Shown here: positions 49,633 through 62,780 of the stretch, one piece after another
How the letters are laid out: every line of letters begins with the position of its first letter
How positions within the stretch are numbered: the stretch's first letter is position 1
Assembly: GCF_964213995.1 (NCBI RefSeq)
Contig: NC_135832.1
Span: forward strand, 1,860,001 to 1,924,000
Direction: 5' to 3'
DNA length: 64,000 nucleotides
Source of the DNA: Mustelus asterias
Taxonomy: Eukaryota
Notes under the pieces: generated by a model
Told to the model about the DNA's origin: nothing
Database searches by the model: none
Seen by the model: the letters and a program-made list of their open reading frames with translations, nothing else
Translations under genes and position numbers: made by a program

Positions 49633-50865
49633 TTGAAGTCGCATGGTATCAGAGATGAGCTGGCCAGGTGGATACAAAACTGGCTTGGTCAAAGAAGTTG
49701 TGGCTTTTGCTATCAAGTAAACCTGTTGGACTTTAACCTGGTGTTCTTAAACTTCTTACTGTGTTTACCCCAGTCAAACGCCGGCATTTCCACATTTTGG
49801 TCAAAGAAGACAGAGGGCAGCAGTGGAAGGGTGCGTTTCTGAATGAAGGGTTATGACAAGTGGTGTTCCTCAGGGAAGAGTGCTGGGACCTTTGCTGTTT
49901 GTAATTTATATAAATATTTGTAACTGGATTGATCAGTAAGTTTGCGGTTGACACAAAGATTGGTGGGTGTGCTGGTGCAGATGAGGACCATCAGAGGTTA
50001 GAACATGTTGTAGACCGGTTGGAAGCTTGGGCGGAGAGGTGATGGATGGAGTATATTCCGGACAAACGTGAGGTATTGCATTTTGGAAGATTTAATACAG
50101 ATAGGAAATATACAATATTTGGCAGAACCCTTAACAATATTGATAGACAAAGGGATCTGGGTGCACAGGTACACAGGCCACTAAAAGTGGCAATGCAAGT
50201 GGAGAAGGTAGTCAATAAGGCATGCAACATGTTTTCCTTTATCTGTCAGGGCATTGAGTTTAAAAATTGGCAAGTCATGTTTCAATTGAGAGAACTTTAA
50301 ATAGGCCGTACTTCCAATATAGCATTCAATTCTCGTCGCCACATTGCCAGAAGGATGTGGAGGCTTTGGAGAGGGTACAGAAAATATTTACCAAGATGTT
50401 GCCTGGTATGGGAGATATCAGCTATGAGGAGAGGAGGAGAAACTTGGTTTGTTCTTACTGGAACGACAGAGTTTCTGGGATGTCCTGATAGACGTCTACA
50501 AGATTAAAAGAGGCATGGAAAGAATGGATAGTCAGAAGCTTTTTCCCTGGATGGAAGAGTCAATTCCTCGGCAGCACAGGTTTAACGTGCGAAAGGCAAG
50601 GTTTAAATGAGATGTACGCGTCAGCTTTTTTACACAGAGGGTGGTGGGTGCCTGGAACTCGTTGACGGGGGAGGTAGTGGAAGCAGATACGATAATGACT
50701 TTTAAGGGGCGTCTTGACAAATGCATGAATAAAATGGGAATAGAGGCATGTGGTACCCGGAAGGGTAGGGGGGTTTCGTTAAGTCGGGTTGCATGGTCGG
50801 TACAGGCTTGGAGGGCCGAAGGGCCTGTTCCTGTGCGGCAATTTTCGATGTTCTTTGCTCTTTGT
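49633..50865 (+). mobile_element. 5'-truncated CR1 inserted in the minisatellite
   Basis: KSHGIRDELARWIQNWL, RT remnants, 3'UTR gagggccgaagggcctgtt. Confidence 0.85.
49698..49796 (+). mobile_element. Penelope pLTR 3' fragment with 13-bp TSD
   Basis: TTGGTCAAAGAAG at 49685-49697 and 49797-49809. Confidence 0.85.
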
Positions 50866-51299
50866 TCTTTGATCAGTTGGGGGAATGAAACAGAATATGG
50901 GTAGGGAGCAAGGATTAGTTTGGGGATTGTTACAGCAAGAGGGAGAGTGGGTGGCGTTGTGAGGTTAGCTTGCCGATTGATACAGGGACATATGGAGAGA
51001 GAGGGGCCCGTGGTATGAGTTTGCAATTGATAAAGGACTATGGGGAGCCAGCAGCCGAGTGGGATAAATTTGGGGACTGATTCAGCGTTCTCGGAAGTTT
51101 ATGGGGTCGAGTTATTAGTTGCTTTGTGACTGAATTCCTGCATGCATAATTTCACAATCCTCCACATTGGACAAATGGGGACAATCTCTCCCCCTCTCCC
51201 TCTCTCCTCCAACCGCTGGTGTCTCTGTCTATCAAGCACTCGCACTTTCACTCTCACCTCCCGCCGCCGGTATTGCTGTCTCCAAAAGTCATCAAGTGA

Positions 51300-52355
51300 A
51301 AGAGGATTACAGCTTGGAAACAGGCCCTTGGGCTCAATTTGTACATTCCACCGAGGTTTTACCACGAAGCTGTTCCCAATTGGCCGTGTTTGGCCCCTAT
51401 CCATATGTAACCATCTAACCATTATAACTGTCTGAATGTTCTTTAAAAGACAAAATTGGAACGGCATCTGCCACTACTTCCTCAGGCATCTCTTTGCAGA
51501 CACTCAGCATCCTCTGTGTGAAATAAAAATGTCCCTCTGCACCTTTTTGCATCTCCCCCTCTAAATTTAAAACTCTGCACTCTAGTTAGGAGCTTCCCTG
51601 GCTTCGGGAAATGATGTCGACTATCAACCTGATCTATGCCCCTCATGAATTAATAGATTTCTAAATGATGATTCCAAAGCCTCATAAGCTCCAGGGGGAA
51701 AAAAAAAATCTGAGTCTATCCAGCCACTCCTTGTAACTCAAACCATTTCGTCCCGGTGGCAGAATAATAAAGCTTACCTGCACGCTTTCTCGTTTAATAA
51801 TTTCATTTCTATCATAGGAAGTCCAGAACTGTGCACAGTATTCCAAGTTTGGCCTTGAAATGTCTTGTACAACTTCAACAAGACGTTTCAACTCCTGTAT
51901 TCAATTTTCCCCCTCATGAAACGAAGCATGCCAAATGAACTCTTCACCACCCTGTCCATTTGTGACTCCAATTTCAAGGAGCTATGAACCCATACGCCGA
52001 GATCGCTTTTTCCTATAACTCTCCCCAATGCCCAATCATTAACTGAAACGTACTGCCCTGGTTTGACCTACAAAAATGCATCACCTCACATTTATCTATC
52101 TAAAACTCCATTTGACATTCATCAGCCCACTGCCCGATTGATCAAGAAGGCATTGAACTGCGAGATAATAAAAATTTCACCGGCCGCGATGCAACCAATC
52201 GAGATGTAATCTGCAAACTGACTCGCCATGCCTCCTGAATTTTCATTCAAATCATTAATACAAATGACAAATAACACTGAACACAGCGTCGATCCCTGAG
52301 GCACACCGCTTCCCTCAGGCCTCCAGTTTGAAAAAACAAAACTGGACATCCACTT
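51300..52355 (-). mobile_element. Old CR1 fragment
   Basis: GVPQGSTL..INDL..FAD; RPNLEYCAQFW. Confidence 0.78.
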
Positions 52356-52379
52356 ACTAATAGAGAATCATACATTCAT

Positions 52380-53035
52380 AGAGGTTGGCATTTATTGCGA
52401 GGGGGATATAATATAAAAGCAGAAAAGTCTTGCTGCGTCTGTATAAGGCATTGGTGAGGCCACAGCTGGAAGACTGTGTGCAGTTTTGGCCCCCTGACTT
52501 GCGAAAGGATATATGGGCCTTGGAGGGAGTGCAGAGAAGGTTCACCAGGTTGATACCGGAGATGAGGGGTGTAGATTATGAGGAGAGATTGAGCAAATTC
52601 GGTTTGTACTCGTTGGAGTTTAGAAGGCTGAGGGGTGATCTTATAGAGGCATATAAGATAATGAAGGGGCTGGATAGGGTAGAAGTGGAAAGATTCTTTT
52701 CACTTAGAAAGGAAACCAGAACTAGAGGGCACAGCCTCAAAGTAAAGGCGGGGGGGGGGGCGGAGTTTAGGACAGTATTGAGGAGGAACTTCTTCTCTCA
52801 GAGGGTGGTGAATCTCTGGAATTCTCTGCCCACTGAAGTGGTGGAGGCTAACTCGTTGAATATGTTTAAGTCACGGATAGATGGATTTCTGATCAGTCGG
52901 GGAACTAAGGATTATGGGGAGCAGGTGGGTAAGTGGAACTGATTCACTTCGGATCAGCCATGATCTTATTGAATGGCGGGGCAGGCTCGAGGGGCTGGAT
53001 GGCCTCCTCCTGCTCCTATGTCTTATGTTCTTATG
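52380..53035 (+). mobile_element. CR1 3' fragment
   Basis: ORF 52430-52942 RT C-terminus; tcttatgt tail. Confidence 0.88.
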
Positions 53036-53039
53036 TTTA

Positions 53040-54040
53040 CTTCATGGAAAAAGGCCCGTCAGCCCAGCGTGTCAATGCGCCAGTATTTGTAACAAGTCTC
53101 AATTGCCCGCATTTGGCCCATATCCCTCAATATCCATCTTACCCGTGAAACTGTGTAAAGGTTTTTAAAAACGCAAAATTGTACCCACCTCTACAACTAC
53201 ATCTCGCAGCACGTTAAATACGTTCACCACACTCTGTCTGAAAACAAATGTCTCTCTGGACACTTTTGTATTTCTCCTCTCTCTGCTCAAACCTATGCCC
53301 TCTTGTTTTGGATTCCCCTCCCTTCGGAAAATATGTTGACTACCAGATCTATGCCCTTAATTATTTTATAGACCTTGATAAGCTCTCCACTCAGCCTCCT
53401 CCGCTCCAGGGAAAAGAAGTCCCAGTCTATCTCCTCTCTCCTTATACTTCAAACCATCAAGTCCCGGTAGCATCCTTGTAAATCTTTTCTGCACTCTTTC
53501 TTGTTTAATAATATCCTTTCTATAATAGGGTGACCAGAACTGTGCACAGTATTCCAAGTGTGGTCTCACCAATGTATTTCATGACGTCAACAAGACGTCA
53601 CAACTCCTGTGTTTAATGTACTCACCAATGAAATTGAATGTGCTGAATGTCTTCTTCACTACCCTGTCCACCTGTGGCTCCTATTTCAAGGGGCTATGAA
53701 ACCATACCCCCAGATTGCGCGTTCTATAACTCTCCCAAACGTTCGATCAGCACATGAATTACACTCCATCTGCTATTCATCAACCCACTGGCCAACTGAT
53801 CAAGATTGCGATACAATCCTAGATCACATTTTTCACTGCACACAACGTCACCAATCATGCTACCCATTAGATCTCTTTGTTCTAGAACTCTCTTCAGCTA
53901 TTGCTTTGTTTTCTGCCGTTCTTCGTCTTCAGTTGTCAAGCCAATTCTGTATGCAATAACCTTCCTCACCCTGGATCGGTGATACTTGACGTTTTACAAC
54001 AACTTCCCATGCTGTACCTTGTCTAACACTTGCTAAAGTT
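53040..54040 (-). mobile_element. Old CR1 fragment
   Basis: [20 protein letters not shown]. Confidence 0.78.
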
Positions 54041-55781
54041 TCACCCCTATTCCTCTGTCACTTTCTCCTTCCTTCCCCCCTATATCTCTGTTACACTCGC
54101 TTCACACCGCTGGTCTCGCTGTCTTCACCCTCCAACTACACTGCCCCCCCCCCAACCTCCGGCCCCAACACCCTTTCTCTGGTCGCCTGACAGAATCACT
54201 AGATTTATCAACATTGAGCATTCAGTCTGTCCTGTGTTCGCCGACAAACAATGTTCCTCACAGTGCTTTGTTTGAGAGCCTGTGTGACAAATGGGAATAT
54301 ACATTAATGAATGATGGATGGAGGGAAAACAGAGACTTTGTCTCTGACATCTGTGGGTAACAGCTGAAATATCAGAAAGACAGTTCTAATAATATCCTGA
54401 GTGAAGTTTGCACAAAATGTAATTAAATTGGAGAAATGTAAAAGTATTCCGAACACGACTGTCCTCCCTACTATTTTCCACACCATTTATTCACAAAACA
54501 ATTCCGTAAGCATGAAGTAACTATTAACATAAGATGACAATAACCATCCCCCCACGCCACACAATCTAATGTGTTGATAGATTTTGCTGTTTAAATTGGA
54601 CATTTTAATTTTTACCTGGCTGGAAAAGTGAGTTAAAGCAAAATTAGAATTCTCAAATAATCTTGACATTGATTTGTGAAAGCCAGTTTTTTTTTTCAAA
54701 TCACTGTTTTGCCAAGAGATTGCGTCCGATGTGTCAAGCGCACTTGACCTAAAAATAACATTGTGTGTGAAATCAGCACTCAATTGTTGTGTGATGAAAA
54801 TACATATTTCAGATTCGGGACTTGGCAGCTGGTCGTAGATTTCCCAACAAAATAAATATACTTTCAATCAACATTATGAATAAATTATGAAATGCATTTC
54901 TTCACAGGGGTCCGTGTTAATTCCATCAGTAGAGTTGCTGAAAGATTTAAGTATGAACAGGGCAGAGCAGTAAATCTTCAGAATACACATTCCAAGAGAA
55001 TGGATTCCACATTGTCTACCGCGTTTTCCGAATTCGGAGGCGCTGTGCAGAGTCGTTGGACTGAAAGGCTTCCCTCTGCACAGGAGGGATTCAATTGGTC
55101 TAAATATCATCTGCACAGTTTTCTGAAGCCATCAGAAACTTCACGTTGAGGCCTCCACTTCCAATGATTTATGAATTAACACAAGAGTTTCTTCTTTAGG
55201 ATGAGACCATTTATTTCATGTTACCTCATTTCCTTCTTCTGACAGAAATGTGTCAATTTACACTTCTCCCCATTAAATGTAATGGCCCATTGTCCGCTCA
55301 ATCCACCGATTTGCCGATATGTTCCTCACAGTTCGGAGTACTGCCAAGACTTGTTTCGTATTTAATTTTTTAGGTCGTGCCCTGAAGACTTAATATTAAT
55401 AAATATTAATGAAGGCAATGAACCCTCCATATACCATCACCAGTCAGAAATAAGTGACGCTTTCTGCAAATCATATTTCAATGAGTTGGAATTAAATAAT
55501 TAAACTTAGGAATTTTTATTTTTTCTTTCAAATGCATTTCTTGTGCTTCAAAATACAATGCCTGCGATCACTAATATTTTTCACTTAAAAAGCATAGATT
55601 TATTGATGCGTGCAGATTCAAATAATTAACTCATGGCAAAGCAACATAATAGATTTCGAAATTGTATGGCGAACAGTGCGTTATAGAACACTGACATCTC
55701 ACATGTTGACAGGAAGCTTTTCTGAATATGAAGATCCGATGCTGCAGTAGTAAGCACAGTTCTGGCTGAAATAAACCATTT

Positions 55782-56692
55782 TCAAAACTTAATTATTCTA
55801 AGAAATTGGGTCACTGGATATTTCAACCCATTCCTTAGCTCGGCTCTGATTTTGCTTTGGGTGCCTGCATAAATGAACGGGTTAATGCAGGAACTCAATA
55901 ACTGAAGCATGTATCCGCTTTGTTGAAGAACAAATGTGGAATTACTAAAATCCGAGCCTGAGAAATATGGAACGTTCGCAATTCGGACATAGAGGATGTT
56001 TGCAAAGAATAACAAATAGGAAAGGATGAAACTCCCTGAGATGGCAAAGAGTAAAACAATGGACTTTTTCCGCTTCTCCATCTCTGGGTCACTCTGATTC
56101 TCCCCATTGCTCGGGGCCCGGAGTCTCCTGCGGGCTCTATTGGCAGCCAGAATGTGTCTGACAGTCAGAGCATTGAGCAATAAAATCAGAATGAATGGGA
56201 GTATAGGGGTTAACAGTAAACGTACCCAGTCATATGCAGCCCATGCACGTGACGTATAAATTATTGCTTTGATGTTACAGAACCATGGCGTATTATTAAT
56301 TATATATATAGGTTCAAATTGTAAATATATGAAGATATTTTTAATGCAGGCCACAATGCCCACGATTCCTATAATATATGCTGCCACTTTCTCAGTGCAA
56401 TATTTATTCTTCAGTTTCTGGCAAGAAATGGCCACAAATCGATCAAAGGTAAAAGCGACCGTTAACCAGGCAGAACTGTCAACAGCTACAAAACTGAGGG
56501 CGGCACGAAAACTGCAAACTGGTGTGATAGACAGGAAACTAGTTGGGAAATAAATCAGAGCAATCCGATTCAATATTACAGCTGTGATCATGACCAGGAA
56601 GTCTGTCACCGCCATTGACACCAAGTAGAAAGTGATACATCCAGAGAGACCACATCTTCTTCGAGAAAGGATCACAATCACTATGATGTTGG
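55782..56692 (-). CDS. GPR139-like class A orphan GPCR, exon 2 (late TM1 to TM7)
   Basis: ANII, MAVTD, FTFDRFVAI, WFC, LNALTVRHIL, INPFIY; ctctctgtctctctttacag acceptor, phase 1. Confidence 0.92.
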
Positions 56693-57219
56693 CTGTAAAG
56701 AGAGACAGAGAGGGCATGAGGTAAAAAAGTGAGACAGAGAATAGGATGGTTCCATTAATCGAAAATCATAAATTATGTGTGAAATGAAAAGGTTTGAATC
56801 CAGACCTGACGTTGCCAAAATAGCAAACCCCAATTTTTTCATGTATAGGTCAACGGCCTAAGAATGAAAACAAATACAAAGAAAGGTAGCAGGACAGAAG
56901 AGTATGCTGGATGCATATCACAATGAAGCCAGACCGCTATGGGTGTTGTAATATGAAATGCTGGCAAGTCTCACCAGGTCTGGTACCATCTGTGCAGAGA
57001 AATCAGAACCAACTTTTCGAATGCCGAAGAACGTGGAAGAAGCAAGGCAGCTGGAACACTGAATATAGAGATTGAGCCGCGATTTGTGACGAATAACAAT
57101 CCTCCATTAAATCTCAACTTTAAAGATCTGCCAACATTCCAGTGCCTCATGATATTCTTTCAATAAATTGGATCACAAAATTCAGTTCATTTTTTTCAAT
57201 GGCACAAAGTTCTCGATAA

Positions 57220-57898
57220 CATAGAACATAGAACATAGAAAGCCACAGCACAAACAGGCCCTTCGGCCCACAAGTTGCGCCGATCACATCCCCACCTCTA
57301 GGCCTATCTATAGCCCTCAATCCCATTAAATCCCATGTACTCATCCAGAAGTCTCTTAAAAGACCCCAACGAGTTTGCCTCCACCACCACCGACGTCAGC
57401 CGATTCCACTCACCCACCACCCTCTGAGTGAAAAACTTACCCCTGACATCTCCTCTGTACCTACCCCCCAGCACCTTAAACCTGTGTCCTCTCGTAGCAA
57501 CCATTTCAGCCCTTGGAAATAGCCTCTGAGAGTCTACCCTATCCAGACCTCTCAACATCTTGTAAACCTCTATCAGGTCACCTCTCATCCTTCGTCTCTC
57601 CAGGGAGAAGAGACCAAGCTCCCTCAACCTATCCTCATAAGGCATGCCCCCCAATCCAGGCAACATCCTTGTAAATCTCCTCTGCACCCTTTCAATGGCT
57701 TCAACATCTTTCCTGTAATGAGGTGACCAGAACTGCGCGCAGTACTCCAAGTGGGGTCTAACCAGGGTCCTATAAAGCTGCAGCATTATCTCCCGACTCC
57801 TAAACTCAATCCCTCGATTAATGAAGGCCAGTACGCCGTACGCCTTCTTGACCGCATCCTCCACCTGCGAGGCCGATTTAAGAGTCCTATGGACCCGG
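57220..57898 (-). mobile_element. Young 5'-truncated CR1, about 99% identical to 821-1500, in the GPCR intron
   Basis: About 7 differences by eye over about 680 bp. Confidence 0.95.
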
Positions 57899-58644
57899 AA
57901 ATTAATGACTTATGTGAATTATTCCATTGCAGTGAAAATCAATCACACAGAAATCTACATGTGGAACATGAAAATAATGTAAACTTTGACTCCAAGCAAC
58001 ACAGTCAAGAACACAATATAACTCCATTGACTCATTGATAACTGGCCAAATTCGCCAACATGGGCAATCGTAATGACACAGCAAAACCAAATTTACAACA
58101 TAATTGTTAATTCATCGACATGGCATTGGTAATAACACCAATTAGATTGCATATGGACCGTGATAATACTATTTGAAATCACCTATCACACTTGTTCCAG
58201 TTAGAAGAAAACAATTGCGCTTACATTGTGAAATAACGGTGGCAAATGTGTGGCATCAAGTAATTACTGCCATTGATTTGTACCTGCCAAAGGAAGATCA
58301 TGTGGGGTTAAAGTTGAAAGCATGTTAGGCAAATGAAGGAACAATGATGATGAACGTCTGAAATGACAGTGGGAGATTAATGCAATGATATGATTAGTAC
58401 GGCGGAATTTTACCAGCAATCTGAAGAAATATTCATGTAAAAAGTGCAAATCAATACTGTTAAATGGAAAGGATGGTATCGTAAAAGGGGAAAAATACAA
58501 TATAAATAAAGGAATTAACAGCACTACAGAGAAGAATAGATGCCACTAAACAGCAGATAGGATGCATATCACTTGGAGGAAAGGTAAAACAGGAAAATTG
58601 ACGCATTGAACCAATAATTAGCGTAAGTTACTAAAATATTTCAC

Positions 58645-58714
58645 CTGGAACGCCAATAGCTGCAAGGACGGGGTAGTAAATAGAAAACACCAGACCTTTC
58701 GGTATTGCGTGCAT
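58645..58714 (-). CDS. GPR139-like GPCR, exon 1 (MHAIPKGLVFSIYYPVLAAIGVP)
   Basis: 70 nt, CAG|gtga phase-1 donor; joins exon 2 to give IGVPAN in TM1; 326 aa in total. Confidence 0.88.
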
Positions 58715-58763
58715 TTCAATGAGCAGTGCAAAGCACTTTCTGCATTTCACTGAAAATGGTCAA

Positions 58764-58769
58764 TTTATA
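58764..58769 (-). promoter_or_regulatory. Candidate TATA box of the GPCR gene
   Basis: TATAAA on the minus strand 50 nt upstream of the ATG. Confidence 0.4.
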
Positions 58770-60060
58770 CCTGATGTCAGGCTCCAGAGAGATAATTACG
58801 TGATATGACTTGTTTGCTGAATTAACCTTATGATCACAAACAGCTTCGTGCAGTTGCGACACGCCTGGTGTCTTTGTTTTCGTGGAATTGCAGATTTTGT
58901 TCTGACATCTGACAGGGCTGTGAAGTGAAATACTCAGAGACAGCAGAAGGATCTTAACTTAATATCTTAACTGAAATGACAAGTGGGGCCAGGCCAAAGG
59001 AGAGCTATTCCGAACTGACCGTGCTGAGAGAGACAAATGTCCAAGGATCCTGGGTGTTATTGTTGTCAGGGCTGAATTACCTCCTTCTGCACCGTAGGGG
59101 TTCTATGATTCTACATGAAAATCGAAATAGTAGTCAAGTCTGATAATTTTATGTCCCTGTGATCAAACAACGGTTGCATTTTAGATTTAAATCCCTCAAG
59201 CTTTGACATTCAGGTAAATTTTAGTGCATTAAATGTGAACAGGTCCAGTTCAGAATTGTGACATTCGGAGTGCCGATGACCACTTCTTCATGATTCAACT
59301 CAGCTTGACGCTTTTTCCTGCCGTTTTATCCCATCTGCAATTAACATCTCCAGTAAAGCACGTTTCTCTTCATTGTAAATCTGCTCAATTTTGCATATGT
59401 ATGCTTGTTTTTGACATGTCTTGTTCAGCATCTATTCATACAGCATAAAGTACGCCATTTCGAAATGGAACAGCAACAAAAGTGGCGTGGTGATATCTGT
59501 CGGCTTTTGATACCAGTGAGTGAGTAATTTGGAAAGGCAGACTCTGTGGGGACGGGTTCCAAACATGGCATTTGTAATCACACAACATGCAGTGCCCAGA
59601 ATCTCACTGGCAGTTATGAGTGCAGAATAAACGTTGGCCGAGTGACCAACATATCTTTTCTGCGATTTGTGAAGAAAGGTTATAGTGTTTCCAAGAGCTT
59701 TTATTTTCCATTCTGAATCAACACTGGTTATTCATTAGTATGTTGAACGTTTAGAAACATTTTAATTGGGTCCTTGAGCACTCATGCATTTATTTGTACG
59801 ATCTCAATTAATGCTGATTTATCTGAATTTCAGTGGCTACCTCATGTCTTCATTTAACTTATCTACAGACTGTGATGTCTGGTGAAGATTAGGATAATAT
59901 GAAATGCAGCGTGACATTATATTTATAAATGCTGGAAAGTTTTTGATGTTGACAGTAGGATGCCTGAGGTCAAATTTAGAAGTCGTGAGAAATAAACGGC
60001 ACAAGGAGGTGAAATAGCGAGGGTAGAATGCAGGAACTGATGGAGAATATTGTAATTATT

Positions 60061-60395
60061 TGGGCGGTACGGTGGCATCGTGGGTAGCACTGCTGCCTTA
60101 GAGCGCGAGGGTCCAGGGTTCGATTCCCGGCTTGGGTCACTGTCTATGTGGAGTCAGCATGTTTACGCCACATCTGCGTCAGTTTCGTCTGGGTGCTCCA
60201 GTTTCCGCCCATCGGCCAAAAATGAGCGGGTTTTGTTCATTGAACATGGTAATTTGCCCACCAGTTTCAGGGGGGGTCAGCAGGTTAATTATATGGAGTA
60301 ATACGGATTCGGCCTGTATGGGATTGTCGCCTGTGCAGGTTCAATGGGCTGAATGCCCTCTTTGTGCATTGTTGGTCTTCTGCAATTCTTCGATG
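60061..60395 (+). mobile_element. HE1-type V-SINE, diverged
   Basis: gggcggtacggtggc head, gggttcgattcccggcttgggtcactgtct. Confidence 0.82.
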
Positions 60396-60969
60396 ACACA
60401 TGAAGGAACATAGGAGGTTTGGGGACTCTTTAGAGCTGCATACATTACTCGAATTAATTGTCCAGATCAAGGCTCTTGGATTGCTACGTTTGTAGAGGTT
60501 GTAAGATTCTCCAAACATGGGGAAAAATCGGAAATAATGTGTAACAATAACGTTGTGCATGCTATTCTGAAGAGGATGGGATGCTGCTGCTTCAGTCAAT
60601 CGAAAAGGGAAAGACAGGCGTAAGTTGCAAACCTGGCAAGATTAAATTCCAAAGGTGCTATGAAACAAAAAGAAAAAGGAACAGAAATTTGATTTATAGC
60701 TCTGACCAAACTATTTAAATGAAGCGGATTTCTACATCACCTGTCAGTTGCAATGGTCCCAGAGTGAAGGGGAACAAATGCAGACAGAATGTTCTTATCT
60801 TGGGTCAATGGTTGAAATAATGTAAACTGCATCAATGTCCCTCCCTGTCGTTAAGGAAAGGACTTCTCTGTGCCTACGACCTTTCTGATTTATTTTTTGT
60901 GCAGATGAGCAGCGCTTCGTGTATTACAGAAGAGTCACATTCTAGCGGGAACTCGTGGTGCATATTCCT

Positions 60970-61060
60970 TCACACACACACAAAAACACACACACAAACA
61001 CACACACACAAACACACACACACACACACACGCACACGCACACGCACACACACACACAAG
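60970..61060. repeat. (CA)n-rich microsatellite
   Basis: CA run with interruptions. Confidence 0.9.
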
Positions 61061-61963
61061 CATACAGATAACAAAGAGGGCAAAATGTGCAGATTAGTGC
61101 AACAACACCAATTTCAATTTGTCCTGCAAGCCACACACAATCCTCAGACTTTGGACGATATTTGCTTTTCTTCACTGTTGCTGGCGTTTTAAATCTCCCT
61201 CTCGAACAACAATCTGGTGGTACTTACAACAGATCGGTGCATTGCACATTCAGGAAACCGGGCAAGTACAGATACTTAACAGCATATGGTAAATTATTGG
61301 AAAATATGAGTAGAGTGAACGTGTTCAAAAATGGTTGGGATGACATTGTGGATGATTACCTGTCTGAGGTTAAATAATTTACCATTCGAGTATTAGATAT
61401 CAGTTTCTAGTTAGACTGGGATTGGGAGTTGGATGCAAATGAGAATGGTAGAGACTCCTATTACCTTCTGCTAATGAAGATATAAAAAAATGTTTGTTCT
61501 GCAACTATATTCGGACAAAAATATGGGGGCTGTTATTCTAAGAAGTTGTTCATTGGTCTTGGAATCAACGACTGATAGCAGCTATAATTGGTCATTCAAT
61601 AACAGTCTTGTCACTGTCACCAACATACGCAAGGACAGGAAAAACAAGCTGAAAACTATTAGACAACTGAAGCGAATATAACAAGATAATTGTTAATGGA
61701 TGGACAGATCGGGTTGCGCAGATAGATGGACAATGTGTGTGTGTGTGCGCGCGAGCGTGCGTGTGTGCGTGTGTGCTGTGTATGATTGGGAGAGAGGGGA
61801 TGATATAAGTACACATGTACATGAAGTGGGCAAATGAGAGATGTATCGATAGAAAGCGTGACAGATGGCGAAATAGAGAAAGATGAAACATGGAGACACA
61901 GTGACAGAAAATAAATACTGTGCTGGAGCGAGAGCTAATTCGATAGCTATATAGCTGGATAGA

Positions 61964-62349
61964 NNNNNNNNNNNNNNNNNNNNNNNNNNNNNNNNNNNNN
62001 NNNNNNNNNNNNNNNNNNNNNNNNNNNNNNNNNNNNNNNNNNNNNNNNNNNNNNNNNNNNNNNNNNNNNNNNNNNNNNNNNNNNNNNNNNNNNNNNNNNN
62101 NNNNNNNNNNNNNNNNNNNNNNNNNNNNNNNNNNNNNNNNNNNNNNNNNNNNNNNNNNNNNNNNNNNNNNNNNNNNNNNNNNNNNNNNNNNNNNNNNNNN
62201 NNNNNNNNNNNNNNNNNNNNNNNNNNNNNNNNNNNNNNNNNNNNNNNNNNNNNNNNNNNNNNNNNNNNNNNNNNNNNNNNNNNNNNNNNNNNNNNNNNNN
62301 NNNNNNNNNNNNNNNNNNNNNNNNNNNNNNNNNNNNNNNNNNNNNNNNN
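61964..62349. other. Assembly gap (N run)
   Basis: 386 Ns. Confidence 1.
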
Positions 62350-62602
62350 GAGAGAGAAGACACACCTTTAAGCTAATCACAATGTTGACCTGTGATAGGC
62401 AATTTGAAGCCATTTCTCAACATACAAGACTATGCCATTCAGCTTCTTAGGAGAATAGACAGCAGATTGGTCGTTAACTTTGGTTAACTTTTTTACCCTT
62501 GCATGATTGTCTTCTGTCACGGTGTCAGGCAGTTATACATGTGCAAGGTACTCCCGAGGTAGCAATGGGCCGCTCCCCACCGAACCTGCTGCTGTGACAA
62601 TG

Positions 62603-62780
62603 AACATAGAACATAGAACATTACAGCGCAGTACAGGCCCTTCGGCCCTCGATGTTGAGCCGACCAGTGAAACCAATCTAAAGCCCATCTAACCTACACT
62701 ATTCCAAGATCATCCATATGTTTATCCAATGAGCATTTAAATGCCCTTAATTTTGGCGAGGACACGACTGCTCCAGGCAG
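62603..62780 (-). mobile_element. CR1 3'-end fragment
   Basis: catagaacatagaacattacagcgcagtacaggccc, matching the reverse complement of 7330-7397. Confidence 0.88.

Noticed and set aside
54240-54360. cag|DVRDKVSVFPPS on the minus strand, resembling a C1 exon start
   Set aside because: Immediate stop and no correctly spaced Cys/Trp; too little evidence
61490-61681. CSL..SYNWSFNNSLVTVTNI resembling an Ig C2 domain
   Set aside because: No F-strand YxC or convincing splice sites
61592-62413. ORFs of 273 and 138 aa
   Set aside because: Artefacts of the N gap and microsatellites
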